From positions 1-47,721 of IMG/VR virus record IMGVR_UViG_3300037524_001274: 47,721 nt of DNA. One strand, written 5' to 3'. Both the position numbers and the translations under genes were made by a program. Source of the DNA: a virus (lineage: Duplodnaviria > Caudoviricetes). The notes under the pieces were generated by a model, which was not told where the DNA came from, made no database searches, and saw only the letters and a program-made list of their open reading frames with translations. The stretch's first letter is position 1, and every line of letters starts with the position of its first letter. This document shows, piece by piece, positions 37,675 through 45,650 of this stretch.

Positions 37675-38555
37675 TCGGGCACCTCCATGCCAGTGATGCG
37701 AAGGGCCCTGTACCCCTTCGCCGTCTTCTTCCACGTGACCTTCCACTCGGGGCGGTCCGGGAACAGCCCCACCTCCGCCTCGCCCAGCGCGTGCTTCAGC
37801 TTCGCCTCGGCGAGACTCCTCCGCTCCTCCAGCTCCTTCTGCTTGCGCTTCACGTCGGACAGCTCTTCGAGCACGGGCTCGAACTCCAGGCCGTCCAGCT
37901 CGGCCGTCGACCCCGGCTCGTAGAGGTCGCGGTACAGCAGCGAGAGCCCCTCGTTCTCGACGCCGTACTTGGGCGCCGGCGGGTGGTCGTCGCTCAGGCT
38001 CTCGTAGAACTCCTTCGTGTCCACGAGCAGCCTCTCGATGAACGCCTCGTTGCGGGGCACCTCGATCACGACCATCTCGAACGGCTGGTCCATCACGAGG
38101 CGCACCATCGGCACGTCCATCACCACCATCTGGTGCTGGGTCTGGATCACCCACCGCAGCGGGATCTCCTCAGCGGTGCGGAACTTGTGGGTCGTCCGCT
38201 TCAGCTCGAGGTACACGCCGTCCGAGTCGACGGCATCGAGCGAGCACCCGAGCCAGGGGTACTTCTCGCTCACGTTGAGGGTGTCGCCTGCCGCGCGGAT
38301 CACCTTGCGCCCCGTCTCGTGCTCGTAGAGCTGGAGCATGATGGGCTCGGACAGCTTGCCCCTCCGCATGAGGTACGTCTCCTCGTCCTCGGGCAGGCGG
38401 CCCGTCTTCTGCCCCCACAGCTTGGCAACGCTCGACCCGAGGTAGCCCTGCCCGTACAGGATGGGGCTGTCGGTCGACGTGACCACCCGCCGGCGAGCGG
38501 CCAACCACCGCTCCCGGCCCGCCTCGCGCTTCTCGTCCTGGGTCAGCAGGCTCAC
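37671..38555 (-). CDS. YqaJ-family (lambda exonuclease-like) recombination nuclease
   Basis: WLAARRR.VTSTD, RGKLSEP, CSLDA, LELKRT, QTQHQM. Confidence 0.9.
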   Translation of the reverse strand: MSLLTQDEKREAGRERWLAARRRVVTSTDSPILYGQGYLGSSVAKLWGQKTGRLPEDEETYLMRRGKLSEPIMLQLYEHETGRKVIRAAGDTLNVSEKYPWLGCSLDAVDSDGVYLELKRTTHKFRTAEEIPLRWVIQTQHQMVVMDVPMVRLVMDQPFEMVVIEVPRNEAFIERLLVDTKEFYESLSDDHPPAPKYGVENEGLSLLYRDLYEPGSTAELDGLEFEPVLEELSDVKRKQKELEERRSLAEAKLKHALGEAEVGLFPDRPEWKVTWKKTAKGYRALRITGMEVPE

Positions 38556-38737
38556 GCCTCCACCTCCTCGTGGCTGCTCCACACGTAGCGCGGGACCACG
38601 GCGTCCGAGCCGTGAGCCGCGTGGGGGCCCTCGTGTCCGGCGTCGAGGGTGCAGAGGAAGCCGTTCGCCTCGTGCGGGCAGTCGGCCTTCTTCCCCATCG
38701 GGATCGACAGCGGGTACTCGATGGCCTGCCTGCTCAC
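38552..38737 (-). CDS. small metal-binding protein (C...C....H.G.H)
   Basis: SD, GTGA overlaps, CTLDAGHEGPH. Confidence 0.6.
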   Translation of the reverse strand: MSRQAIEYPLSIPMGKKADCPHEANGFLCTLDAGHEGPHAAHGSDAVVPRYVWSSHEEVEA

Positions 38738-38928
38738 TCGTCACCTCCCTCGAAGTGCCACCGCTCGCAGATCTCGTTCATCACCATCTCCTCGATGACG
38801 GCCCTGACATCCGGGTCCTCGAGCTGCCTCGCCGCCTCGTCCTTCCCGCGCTTCGAGAGGTAGCGCGCGCTCCGCGCCACGCCGACCTCCACGCACTCGT
38901 CCATCAGCTTGTACTCGTTCGCCCTCAC
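38734..38928 (-). CDS. hypothetical protein
   Basis: SD, GTGA overlaps. Confidence 0.55.
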   Translation of the reverse strand: MRANEYKLMDECVEVGVARSARYLSKRGKDEAARQLEDPDVRAVIEEMVMNEICERWHFEGGDE

Positions 38929-39173
38929 TCCCCCTCCTTCGGGCTTCCGCAGCCCTCGTGCTCCGCGAGCACCTTGTCCACCTTCTCGTTGAACTCGGCG
39001 ATCCACCGCAGCTCCTCGATGCCCGTCTCTTTCGGCCGGTCCATTTCCACCGTCTCCTTCTTCCCGCACACGGTGCACTTCAGGGTGCGCCGCACACCGG
39101 GCACGTGCACCACCCACGGCGCCCGCATCAGCGACACGGGCGCATCGCTCTTCACCTTCCGAGCCGCTGCCAC
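38925..39173 (-). CDS. small Zn-ribbon protein
   Basis: CTVCG...HEGC. Confidence 0.6.
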   Translation of the reverse strand: MAAARKVKSDAPVSLMRAPWVVHVPGVRRTLKCTVCGKKETVEMDRPKETGIEELRWIAEFNEKVDKVLAEHEGCGSPKEGE

Positions 39174-39349
39174 TCGTGCCTCCCGCTGTGCCCGTCAGGG
39201 AGCCTGCACGTCAGGTCCTCTGTCGGGCACTGGGCCCCGCACCACTCTTCGGGGCTCTCAGCCACCGCCTTGAGGTACTCGCCCCTCGTGATGGCGAGCG
39301 CGTTCTCGCGCTCGGTGTACACCCCGGGGCCCAAGAACGGAGCCCTCAT
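39152..39349 (-). CDS. small metal-binding protein (C...C....H.G.H)
   Basis: ATGA overlap; CRLPDGHSGRH resembles 38552..38737. Confidence 0.55.
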   Translation of the reverse strand: MRAPFLGPGVYTERENALAITRGEYLKAVAESPEEWCGAQCPTEDLTCRLPDGHSGRHEWQRLGR

Positions 39350-39771
39350 CTCGTGAGCCTCGACGGGTGCGCCCCGGGCATGATGCTCGCCGACTTGCGG
39401 TCCACCTTGAAGCGCCCGCCGGTGTACATCTCGTTGTAGGACCTGGGTCCGAAGGCCACCGTCTGCGCCCACTCGTGCGGGGGCGGGATCTTCGGGAGGA
39501 CCTGGGACAGCTCCGGTGTGGGCCTCGAGGACGCCGGCCCCAGCGAGCACCCCACCGCGCCGAGCTGGATGGGCGCCGCCCACGCCTGCGCCCGTCGCGC
39601 CGCCGATGCTCCGAAGAGCGGGTCGTACTCACGAGCCCAGCTCTCGGCGTCGTCCCTGCACGCCTCGCGGGCGAGGTCGTACTCCTCGCGCGTGATCCGA
39701 CCCGCGTCGAAGAGCCTCGTCGCCTCGATCCAGTCGCGGCAGATGGCCGCCTGCGCGTCCACGATGTTCAC
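39346..39771 (-). CDS. hypothetical protein
   Basis: GGAGG SD; GRITREEY SHOCT-like motif. Confidence 0.55.
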   Translation of the reverse strand: MNIVDAQAAICRDWIEATRLFDAGRITREEYDLAREACRDDAESWAREYDPLFGASAARRAQAWAAPIQLGAVGCSLGPASSRPTPELSQVLPKIPPPHEWAQTVAFGPRSYNEMYTGGRFKVDRKSASIMPGAHPSRLTR

Positions 39772-39941
39772 TCGTCCCCCTCCTGCTCCGAAAGTACACC
39801 ATCCTGTTCCAGAGGATGCCACCCGCAGCCCGGGCACTCCCCCTCCTCTGCCCAGAACACGCCGCCGCAGTTGCCGCACTCCTGCGGCGTGTGCGGGCGC
39901 TCCCCGCCGTCGTCGTACTGGTACCCCACCGGGAGGCTCAC
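39768..39941 (-). CDS. 57-aa Zn-ribbon protein (CGNC...CPGC)
   Basis: Read manually; GTGA overlaps at both ends. Confidence 0.55.
   Translation of the reverse strand: MSLPVGYQYDDGGERPHTPQECGNCGGVFWAEEGECPGCGWHPLEQDGVLSEQEGDE
39791..39810 (-). promoter_or_regulatory. phage promoter-like motif GGAACAGGATGGTGTACTTT
   Basis: Same motif and spacing as the + strand copies; points into recombination/packaging genes. Confidence 0.6.
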
Positions 39942-40135
39942 AGCTCCCCCTCGTGGCGCGCGAGGGCCTCGCGCTCCTCGGTCGCGCGCTTGATGACTCG
40001 GCCGAGGTCCAGCACCGTCTGCTCCAGAACGTCGAACGTCCTGCCCTCGGGAAGGCCAGCCCCGAGAGCGACTGCCTCGTCGCGCAGCGCGGTCGCGAAG
40101 ACCTCGATCTGACGCAGGCCCAGCTTGATCTCCAT
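39938..40135 (-). CDS. hypothetical protein
   Basis: GAGGAGGG SD. Confidence 0.6.
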   Translation of the reverse strand: MEIKLGLRQIEVFATALRDEAVALGAGLPEGRTFDVLEQTVLDLGRVIKRATEEREALARHEGEL

Positions 40136-40203
40136 GTTCCCCTCCTCGTGACGCGGCAGTGGCGCGAACGCCTCACGGGCTGCCGCCCTCCGGGTGGTCC
40201 CGG

Positions 40204-40530
40204 CTAGCTCAGGTTGCCACCGCCGAAGATGATCCCCAGTCCGTCCGGGTCGCCCTCGCGCTCCTCGTCCTCCTCCAGCTCGTGCAGCTCGGTCGCCTGC
40301 GCCGCGATGGTGTTCAGCGCGGTCAGGATCGTGATGATCCCCTCGCGCATCCCGCGGTAGTAGCTCAGATCGGCTTCGGCGCCGGCCTCGAAGGCCTCGC
40401 GCATGACACCCACCTCGATGTCGCGCAGCGTGCCGATCAGCTCGCGCCACGCGCCGGTGCCGAGGATCTCCTCGAACGCCCGCGCCTTGTCCTTGATGGC
40501 CCTCTCGGCCATCTCCCTCGGGTCCTTCAC
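40204..40530 (-). CDS. hypothetical helical protein
   Basis: SD, codon bias. Confidence 0.65.
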   Translation of the reverse strand: MKDPREMAERAIKDKARAFEEILGTGAWRELIGTLRDIEVGVMREAFEAGAEADLSYYRGMREGIITILTALNTIAAQATELHELEEDEEREGDPDGLGIIFGGGNLS

Positions 40531-40700
40531 CCCCGCACCTCCCTCTTCGCAAGGCGCCCGTGCCGGCGGGCCAGGGTGCGCGCCTTGTCCGCACCGCGGC
40601 GGTCCCCGGAGGCCACGGCCTCGCGGAGGTAGAACCTCTCGACAGCGCGCTCGATGTTCGCGTCTCGCTCGCGCTCCTTCACCGTCTTCTCGACCTTCAT
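40527..40700 (-). CDS. 57-aa basic protein
   Basis: Read manually; AAGGAG SD, overlaps at both ends. Confidence 0.55.
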   Translation of the reverse strand: MKVEKTVKERERDANIERAVERFYLREAVASGDRRGADKARTLARRHGRLAKREVRG

Positions 40701-41095
40701 CTCGCGATCTCCTTCCAGATCAGGTAGTTGAGGATGTCCTGCTTGTCGTCGGCGGTGAGCAGCAGGTAGAGCCCGAAGCCGTCATGGTCCCTGCTGCACG
40801 TCATGCACCCGCCGACCGGACGGTCGACGCTGTCGGCCAGCGTCGGGCCCACCGCCGGGGCGCACTCCAGCGTCGAGCACGCCCGGGCGATGGCCGCCTT
40901 CTCGTCCTTACCCGTGTAGCAGAGCCCCACCCACCGGTCGGTGAGCCGGAGGGGCTCGTAGCGGTGCCCGGACGGGCATAGCTCGCCCGCCCTGATCACC
41001 TCGTCGCCGCAGGCCCACGGCACCAGCATGGCCCAGACGCCGATGAGCCACAGCGCCACCGTGAGGGACTTCGACAGCAGCAGCAGGCGCCTCAC
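40697..41095 (-). CDS. membrane-anchored Cys-containing protein
   Basis: N-terminal hydrophobic helix, several Cys. Confidence 0.55.
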   Translation of the reverse strand: MRRLLLLSKSLTVALWLIGVWAMLVPWACGDEVIRAGELCPSGHRYEPLRLTDRWVGLCYTGKDEKAAIARACSTLECAPAVGPTLADSVDRPVGGCMTCSRDHDGFGLYLLLTADDKQDILNYLIWKEIAR

Positions 41096-41322
41096 AGCGA
41101 GGCCCCCCGGCGCGCCGCCGACTTGAACAGGGCGAGCCGGCGCAGGTAGGCCTTCTCGCGGTACAGCTCCACGTTGCGCTGCTTCAGGTTGTTCAGGGTG
41201 CGGGGCACGGCCGGCGCGTCAGAGGGCCAGCACGAGTGGGCCAGGGTGTCCCCCTTGGCCTTGCTGTCCTCCACGATGGCCGCGAAGTGGTTCACGTACA
41301 GGATCGTCCCGAGGTCGTTCAT
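41092..41322 (-). CDS. hypothetical protein
   Basis: TGATG coupling. Confidence 0.55.
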   Translation of the reverse strand: MNDLGTILYVNHFAAIVEDSKAKGDTLAHSCWPSDAPAVPRTLNNLKQRNVELYREKAYLRRLALFKSAARRGASL

Positions 41323-41492
41323 CAGCTCACCTTCCTCTCGCGCCCGAAGTTCTCGAGCGCATCGCACAGCTCCCGCTGCGCCTTCTTGTCCACGAAGCCG
41401 GTGAAGGCCAGCACCTCGGCCAGCCGCCGGATCTCGTACAGGTCGCCGATGGTGTCGGTGACCGTCTTCTCGCCCGCCCTGATGTCCTCCAT
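41322..41492 (-). CDS. hypothetical protein
   Basis: GGAGGG SD after the promoter-like motif. Confidence 0.6.
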   Translation of the reverse strand: MEDIRAGEKTVTDTIGDLYEIRRLAEVLAFTGFVDKKAQRELCDALENFGRERKVS

Positions 41493-41509
41493 CACTCCCT
41501 CCGATTCTG

Positions 41510-41529
41510 AAAGTACACGACGCTGTGCC
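41510..41529 (-). promoter_or_regulatory. phage promoter-like motif GGCACAGCGTCGTGTACTTT
   Basis: Same motif; overlaps the 3' end of twister copy 1. Confidence 0.6.
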
Positions 41530-41591
41530 CCGGGCTTCGGACCGGGGCCGCGGTTTACGAGCGGGGCAGCCACTCCCCGCCCGCCGTCACC
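41527..41591 (-). ncRNA. twister ribozyme copy 1 (permuted, P5-type order)
   Basis: GGU-GACGG-[P1]-U^AA-ACC-GCG-GCCCCGG-UCCGAAGC-CCGGGGC; T1 covaries (CCG/CGG); predicted cut 41557^41556. Confidence 0.82.
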
Positions 41592-41601
41592 ACTTGAGCC
41601 G

Positions 41602-42048
41602 TCAGCTCTCGATAGTCCGCTCCACCGCGATGCCCCGCCGGACCACCCGGCGGGTACCCCCGAGGTTCGCCTCGAAGGCTTTGGCGCTGCACAGAGGGCA
41701 CAGCCCCCAGATCGTCGGACACCCGCACACGTTGCACGGGCCGTCCTGCCGCAGGCGAACGGCCAGCCGCTCGCCCACCATGTTCCAGTACCCCTCACCG
41801 GACTTGGCCGAGGTGAAGAGCTGCACGAGGCGCTTGCGTGGCGCCGGCAGCGGGCCCCAAGGTCGACGCTCCTCGCGGGCCCGCGCCATCTCGTCGCGCT
41901 GGGCCGCGAGTCGACGGCGGCGCTCGCGCTTCACCTCGCCCACCTTGAAGTTCGCCACCCGCTCCTCGCTCCACGGCGTGCGCGCCTCGCGTCGAAGGTC
42001 GGCGAGCCGAGCGCGCGCACGCGCGAGTCGGTCGCGCTTGCTGATCAC
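41602..42048 (-). CDS. basic protein with Zn finger (CNVC...CPLC)
   Basis: GGGAGG SD, GTGA overlap. Confidence 0.6.
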   Translation of the reverse strand: MISKRDRLARARARLADLRREARTPWSEERVANFKVGEVKRERRRRLAAQRDEMARAREERRPWGPLPAPRKRLVQLFTSAKSGEGYWNMVGERLAVRLRQDGPCNVCGCPTIWGLCPLCSAKAFEANLGGTRRVVRRGIAVERTIES

Positions 42049-42269
42049 TCGACCTCCCGCTGGTCCACCTCGAAGCACACGTCCCAGTCCACGTCGGACT
42101 CGCCCGGGGCGAGGACCGTCTTGTGCGGGAACTCCTCGCGGTAGTTCTCCACCGCGAACTGCGCGGCCACCTGGGCCTTCTTCTCGGAGCTGTAGACCCC
42201 CTCGATCCAGAACACCTCGCCGTTCTCGCTGAAGCAGTTCTCGCCGGTCACGATCCAGACCTTCGCCAT
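42045..42269 (-). CDS. small phage protein (VWIV...IEGVYSSEKKA type)
   Basis: GGAGG SD just after twister copy 2. Confidence 0.75.
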   Translation of the reverse strand: MAKVWIVTGENCFSENGEVFWIEGVYSSEKKAQVAAQFAVENYREEFPHKTVLAPGESDVDWDVCFEVDQREVE

Positions 42270-42283
42270 TCGCCACCTCCATC

Positions 42284-42344
42284 GCCCGGGGCTTGGGACC
42301 CGGGCCGCGGTTTACGACGGGCCCGTGGGCCCGCCGCCCTCACC
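42284..42344 (-). ncRNA. twister ribozyme copy 2
   Basis: GGU-GAGGG-[P1]-U^AA-ACC-GCG-GCCCGGG-UCCCAAGC-CCCGGGC; predicted cut 42314^42313. Confidence 0.85.
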
Positions 42345-42582
42345 TGCGCTTGCGCGCCTTCGGCACGTTCACTCCCTGCTGGGCCAGCAGCGCCTTCACG
42401 TGGCGCGCGGCCACGATGCCGGCCACCTCGGACAGCAGCCCGGTGTACTCGCGTCGAACGCCGAGGGGGCGCACCGACACCGTGTAGTCGCCCCCGCCGG
42501 CGTGCTCCACCAGCTCCACCGTGGCCTCCGACTTGCCGTCGAGGTGCACGTTCACGCGGAAGCGCGCCACCCGGCCGCTCAC
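42340..42582 (-). CDS. hypothetical protein
   Basis: GGAGG SD; stop codon lies inside twister copy 2. Confidence 0.65.
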   Translation of the reverse strand: MSGRVARFRVNVHLDGKSEATVELVEHAGGGDYTVSVRPLGVRREYTGLLSEVAGIVAARHVKALLAQQGVNVPKARKRR

Positions 42583-42971
42583 TCGCCCGCCTCCGGGTTG
42601 CAGTGGTGGACGCAGTTGCGGTCGTCGCAGTCGCACGCGCCGAGGCGCGCGGCGAGCTGCGTGAGCCAGCCCCACGTGATGCACCACTCCAGCCCCACGA
42701 ACTGGTCGGGCTTCACCTCGCGCGTCTCGCCCCACAGCTCCAGCACGAGAGAGCACCCGGCGAACTCCGCGAGGCGCTTGGCCTCGCACACGGCATCCTC
42801 CAGCGACTCGCAGCAGCAGTCCAGAGTCGGGAAGGTCCCCGGCGTCTGGGTGTAGATGTCGAACGACTCGGGCGTCTCGCCCGCGACGGCGCGGTAGATG
42901 TCGCCCTCGTAGTCCGACACGTTGGTCCTCACGAACACGGCTCTCGGCCGTCCCGCCCCGAGGTCGCTCAC
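42579..42971 (-). CDS. acidic Cys-containing hypothetical protein
   Basis: SD, GTGA overlaps. Confidence 0.6.
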   Translation of the reverse strand: MSDLGAGRPRAVFVRTNVSDYEGDIYRAVAGETPESFDIYTQTPGTFPTLDCCCESLEDAVCEAKRLAEFAGCSLVLELWGETREVKPDQFVGLEWCITWGWLTQLAARLGACDCDDRNCVHHCNPEAGE

Positions 42972-43168
42972 TTCTCCACCTCCCTGTAGCCGTCGAACCA
43001 CGGCCCCGAGCGCCGCGTCCTCGCGCGGCCCACCTTGCCCTTGCAGGTGGAGCTGCTCGTCTCGGGATCCGAGCACCACCGCTGGCACTGCTCCTCCGTC
43101 AGGAACACGGCCACCACCTGCTTCCGGTTCGACCGGAAGAAGTGGCGCACGACCTCGAACTTCCGCAT
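42968..43168 (-). CDS. conserved small phage protein (LTEEQCQ..C.DPETSS...WFDGY)
   Basis: GGGAGG SD just after twister copy 3. Confidence 0.75.
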   Translation of the reverse strand: MRKFEVVRHFFRSNRKQVVAVFLTEEQCQRWCSDPETSSSTCKGKVGRARTRRSGPWFDGYREVEK

Positions 43169-43180
43169 GGATGCCTCCCT

Positions 43181-43235
43181 GCCCGGGCTTGGGACCGGGC
43201 CGCGCATTAGACCCGCACGCGCGGGTCCCCTCTGC
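43181..43235 (-). ncRNA. twister ribozyme copy 3
   Basis: GCA-GAGGG-GACCCGC(GCGU)GCGGGUC-U^AA-UGC-GCG-GCCCGG-UCCCAAGC-CCGGGC; predicted cut 43209^43208. Confidence 0.88.
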
Positions 43236-43885
43236 TACACGAACAGGCCGATGATCTCGGCCACCGCCTTGCGCTCCTCCTCGTCCGAGGGCGCCGCGCC
43301 CTCGCGCTCCACGTAGAGGCGGTACCACTTCACGATCTCCGCGGCCACCTCCGGGAAGTCCTCCACCGGCCCACCGGACTCGGCCTCGACCTTGGCGCAG
43401 ATCTTCGCCAGATCGGACCAGACCGTCCAGACCCCCACGAAGCCGCCCACGTGCTCGCCGATGGCCTTGTAGATGGCCTCCGCGTGGCCGTCCACGTGCG
43501 AGGTGTCCACGAGAGCCACCGCCCACTCCAGCACGAGGTCCGCGGTCGGCTCCGGGATGGGGAATTTCTGCTCGTACTCGATGAGGGCGTCGGCGTGCGC
43601 CTCGTCCAGCGCCGCCGGCGAGGCCTCGGCCCAGAACGTGCTGTTCCAGTCCTTGAACTTCCCGCCCGCCGCGTAGATCCTCCGCGCGCAGTCCCGAGAC
43701 CCCTCCACGTACTCGAAGGCGTCCACGGGGCCGTTGTCGCTGATGCCGTTCTGGAAGCTCGCGAGGTCGAAGCACTCCGGGCAGACGTTCCAGTCGCACC
43801 CCTCCGTCTCGCGCGTCTTCCGCGTGAGGCGCCCGCACGACTCGCACCGGAAGGCGCCGGTGCCGCGCTTGAATCCGTCTCTCAT
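43235..43885 (-). CDS. hypothetical protein with N-terminal Zn finger (CESCGR...CPEC)
   Basis: GGAGGTG SD just after twister copy 4. Confidence 0.75.
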   Translation of the reverse strand: MRDGFKRGTGAFRCESCGRLTRKTRETEGCDWNVCPECFDLASFQNGISDNGPVDAFEYVEGSRDCARRIYAAGGKFKDWNSTFWAEASPAALDEAHADALIEYEQKFPIPEPTADLVLEWAVALVDTSHVDGHAEAIYKAIGEHVGGFVGVWTVWSDLAKICAKVEAESGGPVEDFPEVAAEIVKWYRLYVEREGAAPSDEEERKAVAEIIGLFV

Positions 43886-43897
43886 GCTCACCTCCAC

Positions 43898-43954
43898 GCC
43901 CGGGCTTGGGACCGGGCCGCGCATTACGACGCCCACTCGGGCGCCGCCCTCTGC
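43898..43954 (-). ncRNA. twister ribozyme copy 4
   Basis: GCA-GAGGG-CGGCGCCC(GAGU)GGGCGUCG-U^AA-UGC-GCG-GCCCGG-UCCCAAGC-CCGGGC; predicted cut 43926^43925. Confidence 0.88.
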
Positions 43955-44202
43955 TAGATGTCGAGGCCGCCATACTGGGTCACGAGGACCCGCCTCCCCA
44001 CGAGCTTCTCGAACGGCTCGCGCAGGAACGTCCTCCCCGGCCCCCCGTAGTAGGGCCCCGGGTTCCCGCAGTAGTAGGCCACGTCGCCCGCCGCCACGGC
44101 CGCCTCTGCCTCGGCTGCCGTGTCGAACGTGAGCACCCACCACTCCGTCCACGACTCGCCGTTCGAGCGGTCGCGCACTCCGTTCCTGATCTTGTAGGCC
44201 AT
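43954..44202 (-). CDS. hypothetical protein
   Basis: TGATG coupling, codon bias. Confidence 0.65.
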   Translation of the reverse strand: MAYKIRNGVRDRSNGESWTEWWVLTFDTAAEAEAAVAAGDVAYYCGNPGPYYGGPGRTFLREPFEKLVGRRVLVTQYGGLDI

Positions 44203-44468
44203 CACGCCACCCCCTTGTCGAAGCGCACGAGCGCCTCGCGAAGCCGCGCCACCTGCGCGCGGCAGTGCCTGCACTGGGAGTAGAGCCCGCTGTCGCGGAC
44301 CACGCCCCCCGAGAGCGCCGGCTCGCGGCCGGCGTCCACCACGAAAGCCGCGCCGCGCACGTTGGCGCCGCACAGAGCGCGCCCCTCGCGCACGTAGCCC
44401 TCGTCCGTCACGGCGTGGTACTTCCCGCCCTTGCGGCGGTACCACGAGAAGCCACCGGTCCACGTCAT
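44202..44468 (-). CDS. small Zn-binding protein (YHAV...ALCG...CRHC)
   Basis: SD and Cys/His motif. Confidence 0.65.
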   Translation of the reverse strand: MTWTGGFSWYRRKGGKYHAVTDEGYVREGRALCGANVRGAAFVVDAGREPALSGGVVRDSGLYSQCRHCRAQVARLREALVRFDKGVA

Positions 44469-44478
44469 GCTTCACCCC

Positions 44479-44637
44479 CTACTTGTCGCCCTTGGCCGCC
44501 CAGTCTCTCATGGCCTGCGCGAGGCGCGCCGCGAGAGCCGGGTCCTGCACCTTGGTCGCTCCACGCGCCGCGCACTTCGGGCAGGTCCACGAAGAGGTCC
44601 ACCCTCGCGGCGAGCAGCTCCAGCACTTCGGGTCCAT
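44479..44637 (-). CDS. 52-aa Zn-finger protein (CWSC...CPKC)
   Basis: Read manually; GGAGGTG SD just after twister copy 5. Confidence 0.65.
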   Translation of the reverse strand: MDPKCWSCSPRGWTSSWTCPKCAARGATKVQDPALAARLAQAMRDWAAKGDK

Positions 44638-44650
44638 GCTCACCTCCAGC

Positions 44651-44706
44651 GCCCGGGCTTGGGACCGGGCTGCCGCATTAGGCGCGCTCGCGCGCGCCCC
44701 CTCTGC
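44651..44706 (-). ncRNA. twister ribozyme copy 5
   Basis: GCA-GAGGG-GGCGCGC(GCGA)GCGCGCC-U^AA-UGC-GGCA-GCCCGG-UCCCAAGC-CCGGGC; predicted cut 44680^44679. Confidence 0.9.
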
Positions 44707-44831
44707 GATTGTCCCACCTGCCGGCTTTCCACGGTTCGCCCCCAGAGGTGAGGGCGGCCGACGGCCAGCGGTGGCGGCACGTCATGCGTCTAGCGCAGCA
44801 TCATCCACCTCCACACGCGCGCCCCGTCGCG

Positions 44832-45191
44832 CTAGTCCACGAGGGTGAACGACTCGTCCCGGACGAGGAACACGACGGCCTGCTGCCGCTCGCGCCCCCG
44901 GAGGGCCCTGGCGAACTGGAGCACGTCCAGCACGCGCGACGGGTCCACGCCGGCGAACACGAAGGTGCACCCGGCCTCCACGTCCCAGCCGGCGCCGCCG
45001 CCCCACGAGGGCGACACGGTGAAGCCGAGCGGGTCGCCCTCGCCGCCGGCGAGCCACTCGCCGGCCCACTTGGCGGCGTCGGCCACCTCCGACACGTGGA
45101 GGCCGGCCACGGCGTCCGAGTCCACCGCCCTCAGGCGGGCCTGGAACTCGTCCGCGAATGCGGCCACGACGGTCACGGTCTTCGCGCTCAT
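44832..45191 (-). CDS. hypothetical protein
   Basis: GGAGGT SD just after twister copy 6. Confidence 0.7.
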   Translation of the reverse strand: MSAKTVTVVAAFADEFQARLRAVDSDAVAGLHVSEVADAAKWAGEWLAGGEGDPLGFTVSPSWGGGAGWDVEAGCTFVFAGVDPSRVLDVLQFARALRGRERQQAVVFLVRDESFTLVD

Positions 45192-45204
45192 AAGTACCTC
45201 CATC

Positions 45205-45263
45205 GGCAGGGCTTGGGACCTGCCATGCGGGTTACACCCGGGCTCGAGCCCGGGCCCCTCACC
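45205..45263 (-). ncRNA. twister ribozyme copy 6 (variant, P2 mismatch)
   Basis: GGU-GAGGG-[P1]-G-U^AA-CCC-GCAU-GGCAGG-UCCCAAGC-CCUGCC; P4 fully covaried; predicted cut 45234^45233. Confidence 0.72.
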
Positions 45264-45580
45264 TACCCCCGGCGGGCGTTCGCCAGACGCGCGCTCCGCG
45301 CGTGGATCACGCAGACCCGAAAGCTGCTCTCGCGGCGCTCGCGGGCCTGCTCGCGCTCGGCCACGAGGCGGGCCACCTCGGCGCGCACCCGGGTGGTGTC
45401 GGTCCAGTCCCAGCCGCCGCCGGACTGGATGACCTCCAGCGCGGTCCGCTCCGACTCCACCTCGGCCGAAAACGCCTCGTGCACGAGGTCGGTGTACCCG
45501 CCCACGTTCACCTGCAACGCCTCCAGCAGCGCCGCCACCGACACGCCCTCACCGGGCACCGTCCAACGGGTCGACTCCAT
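45263..45580 (-). CDS. hypothetical protein
   Basis: GGAGGTG SD just after twister copy 7. Confidence 0.7.
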   Translation of the reverse strand: MESTRWTVPGEGVSVAALLEALQVNVGGYTDLVHEAFSAEVESERTALEVIQSGGGWDWTDTTRVRAEVARLVAEREQARERRESSFRVCVIHARSARLANARRG

Positions 45581-45594
45581 TGCTCACCTCCAGC

Positions 45595-45648
45595 GCCCGG
45601 GCTTGGGACCGGGCTCGCGGTTTACGGCCCCGAGGGGCCGCCCTCACC
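45595..45648 (-). ncRNA. twister ribozyme copy 7
   Basis: GGU-GAGGG-CGGCCC(CUCG)GGGCCG-U^AA-ACC-GCGA-GCCCGG-UCCCAAGC-CCGGGC; predicted cut 45624^45623. Confidence 0.85.
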
Positions 45649-45650
45649 AT

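Noticed and set aside
44705-44745. Resemblance to a c-di-GMP-I riboswitch (GGCGAACC..GAAA..GGGAC) or to HDV-like, pistol or hammerhead ribozymes
   Set aside because: The stem around GAAA does not pair as required and the catalytic cores could not be assembled
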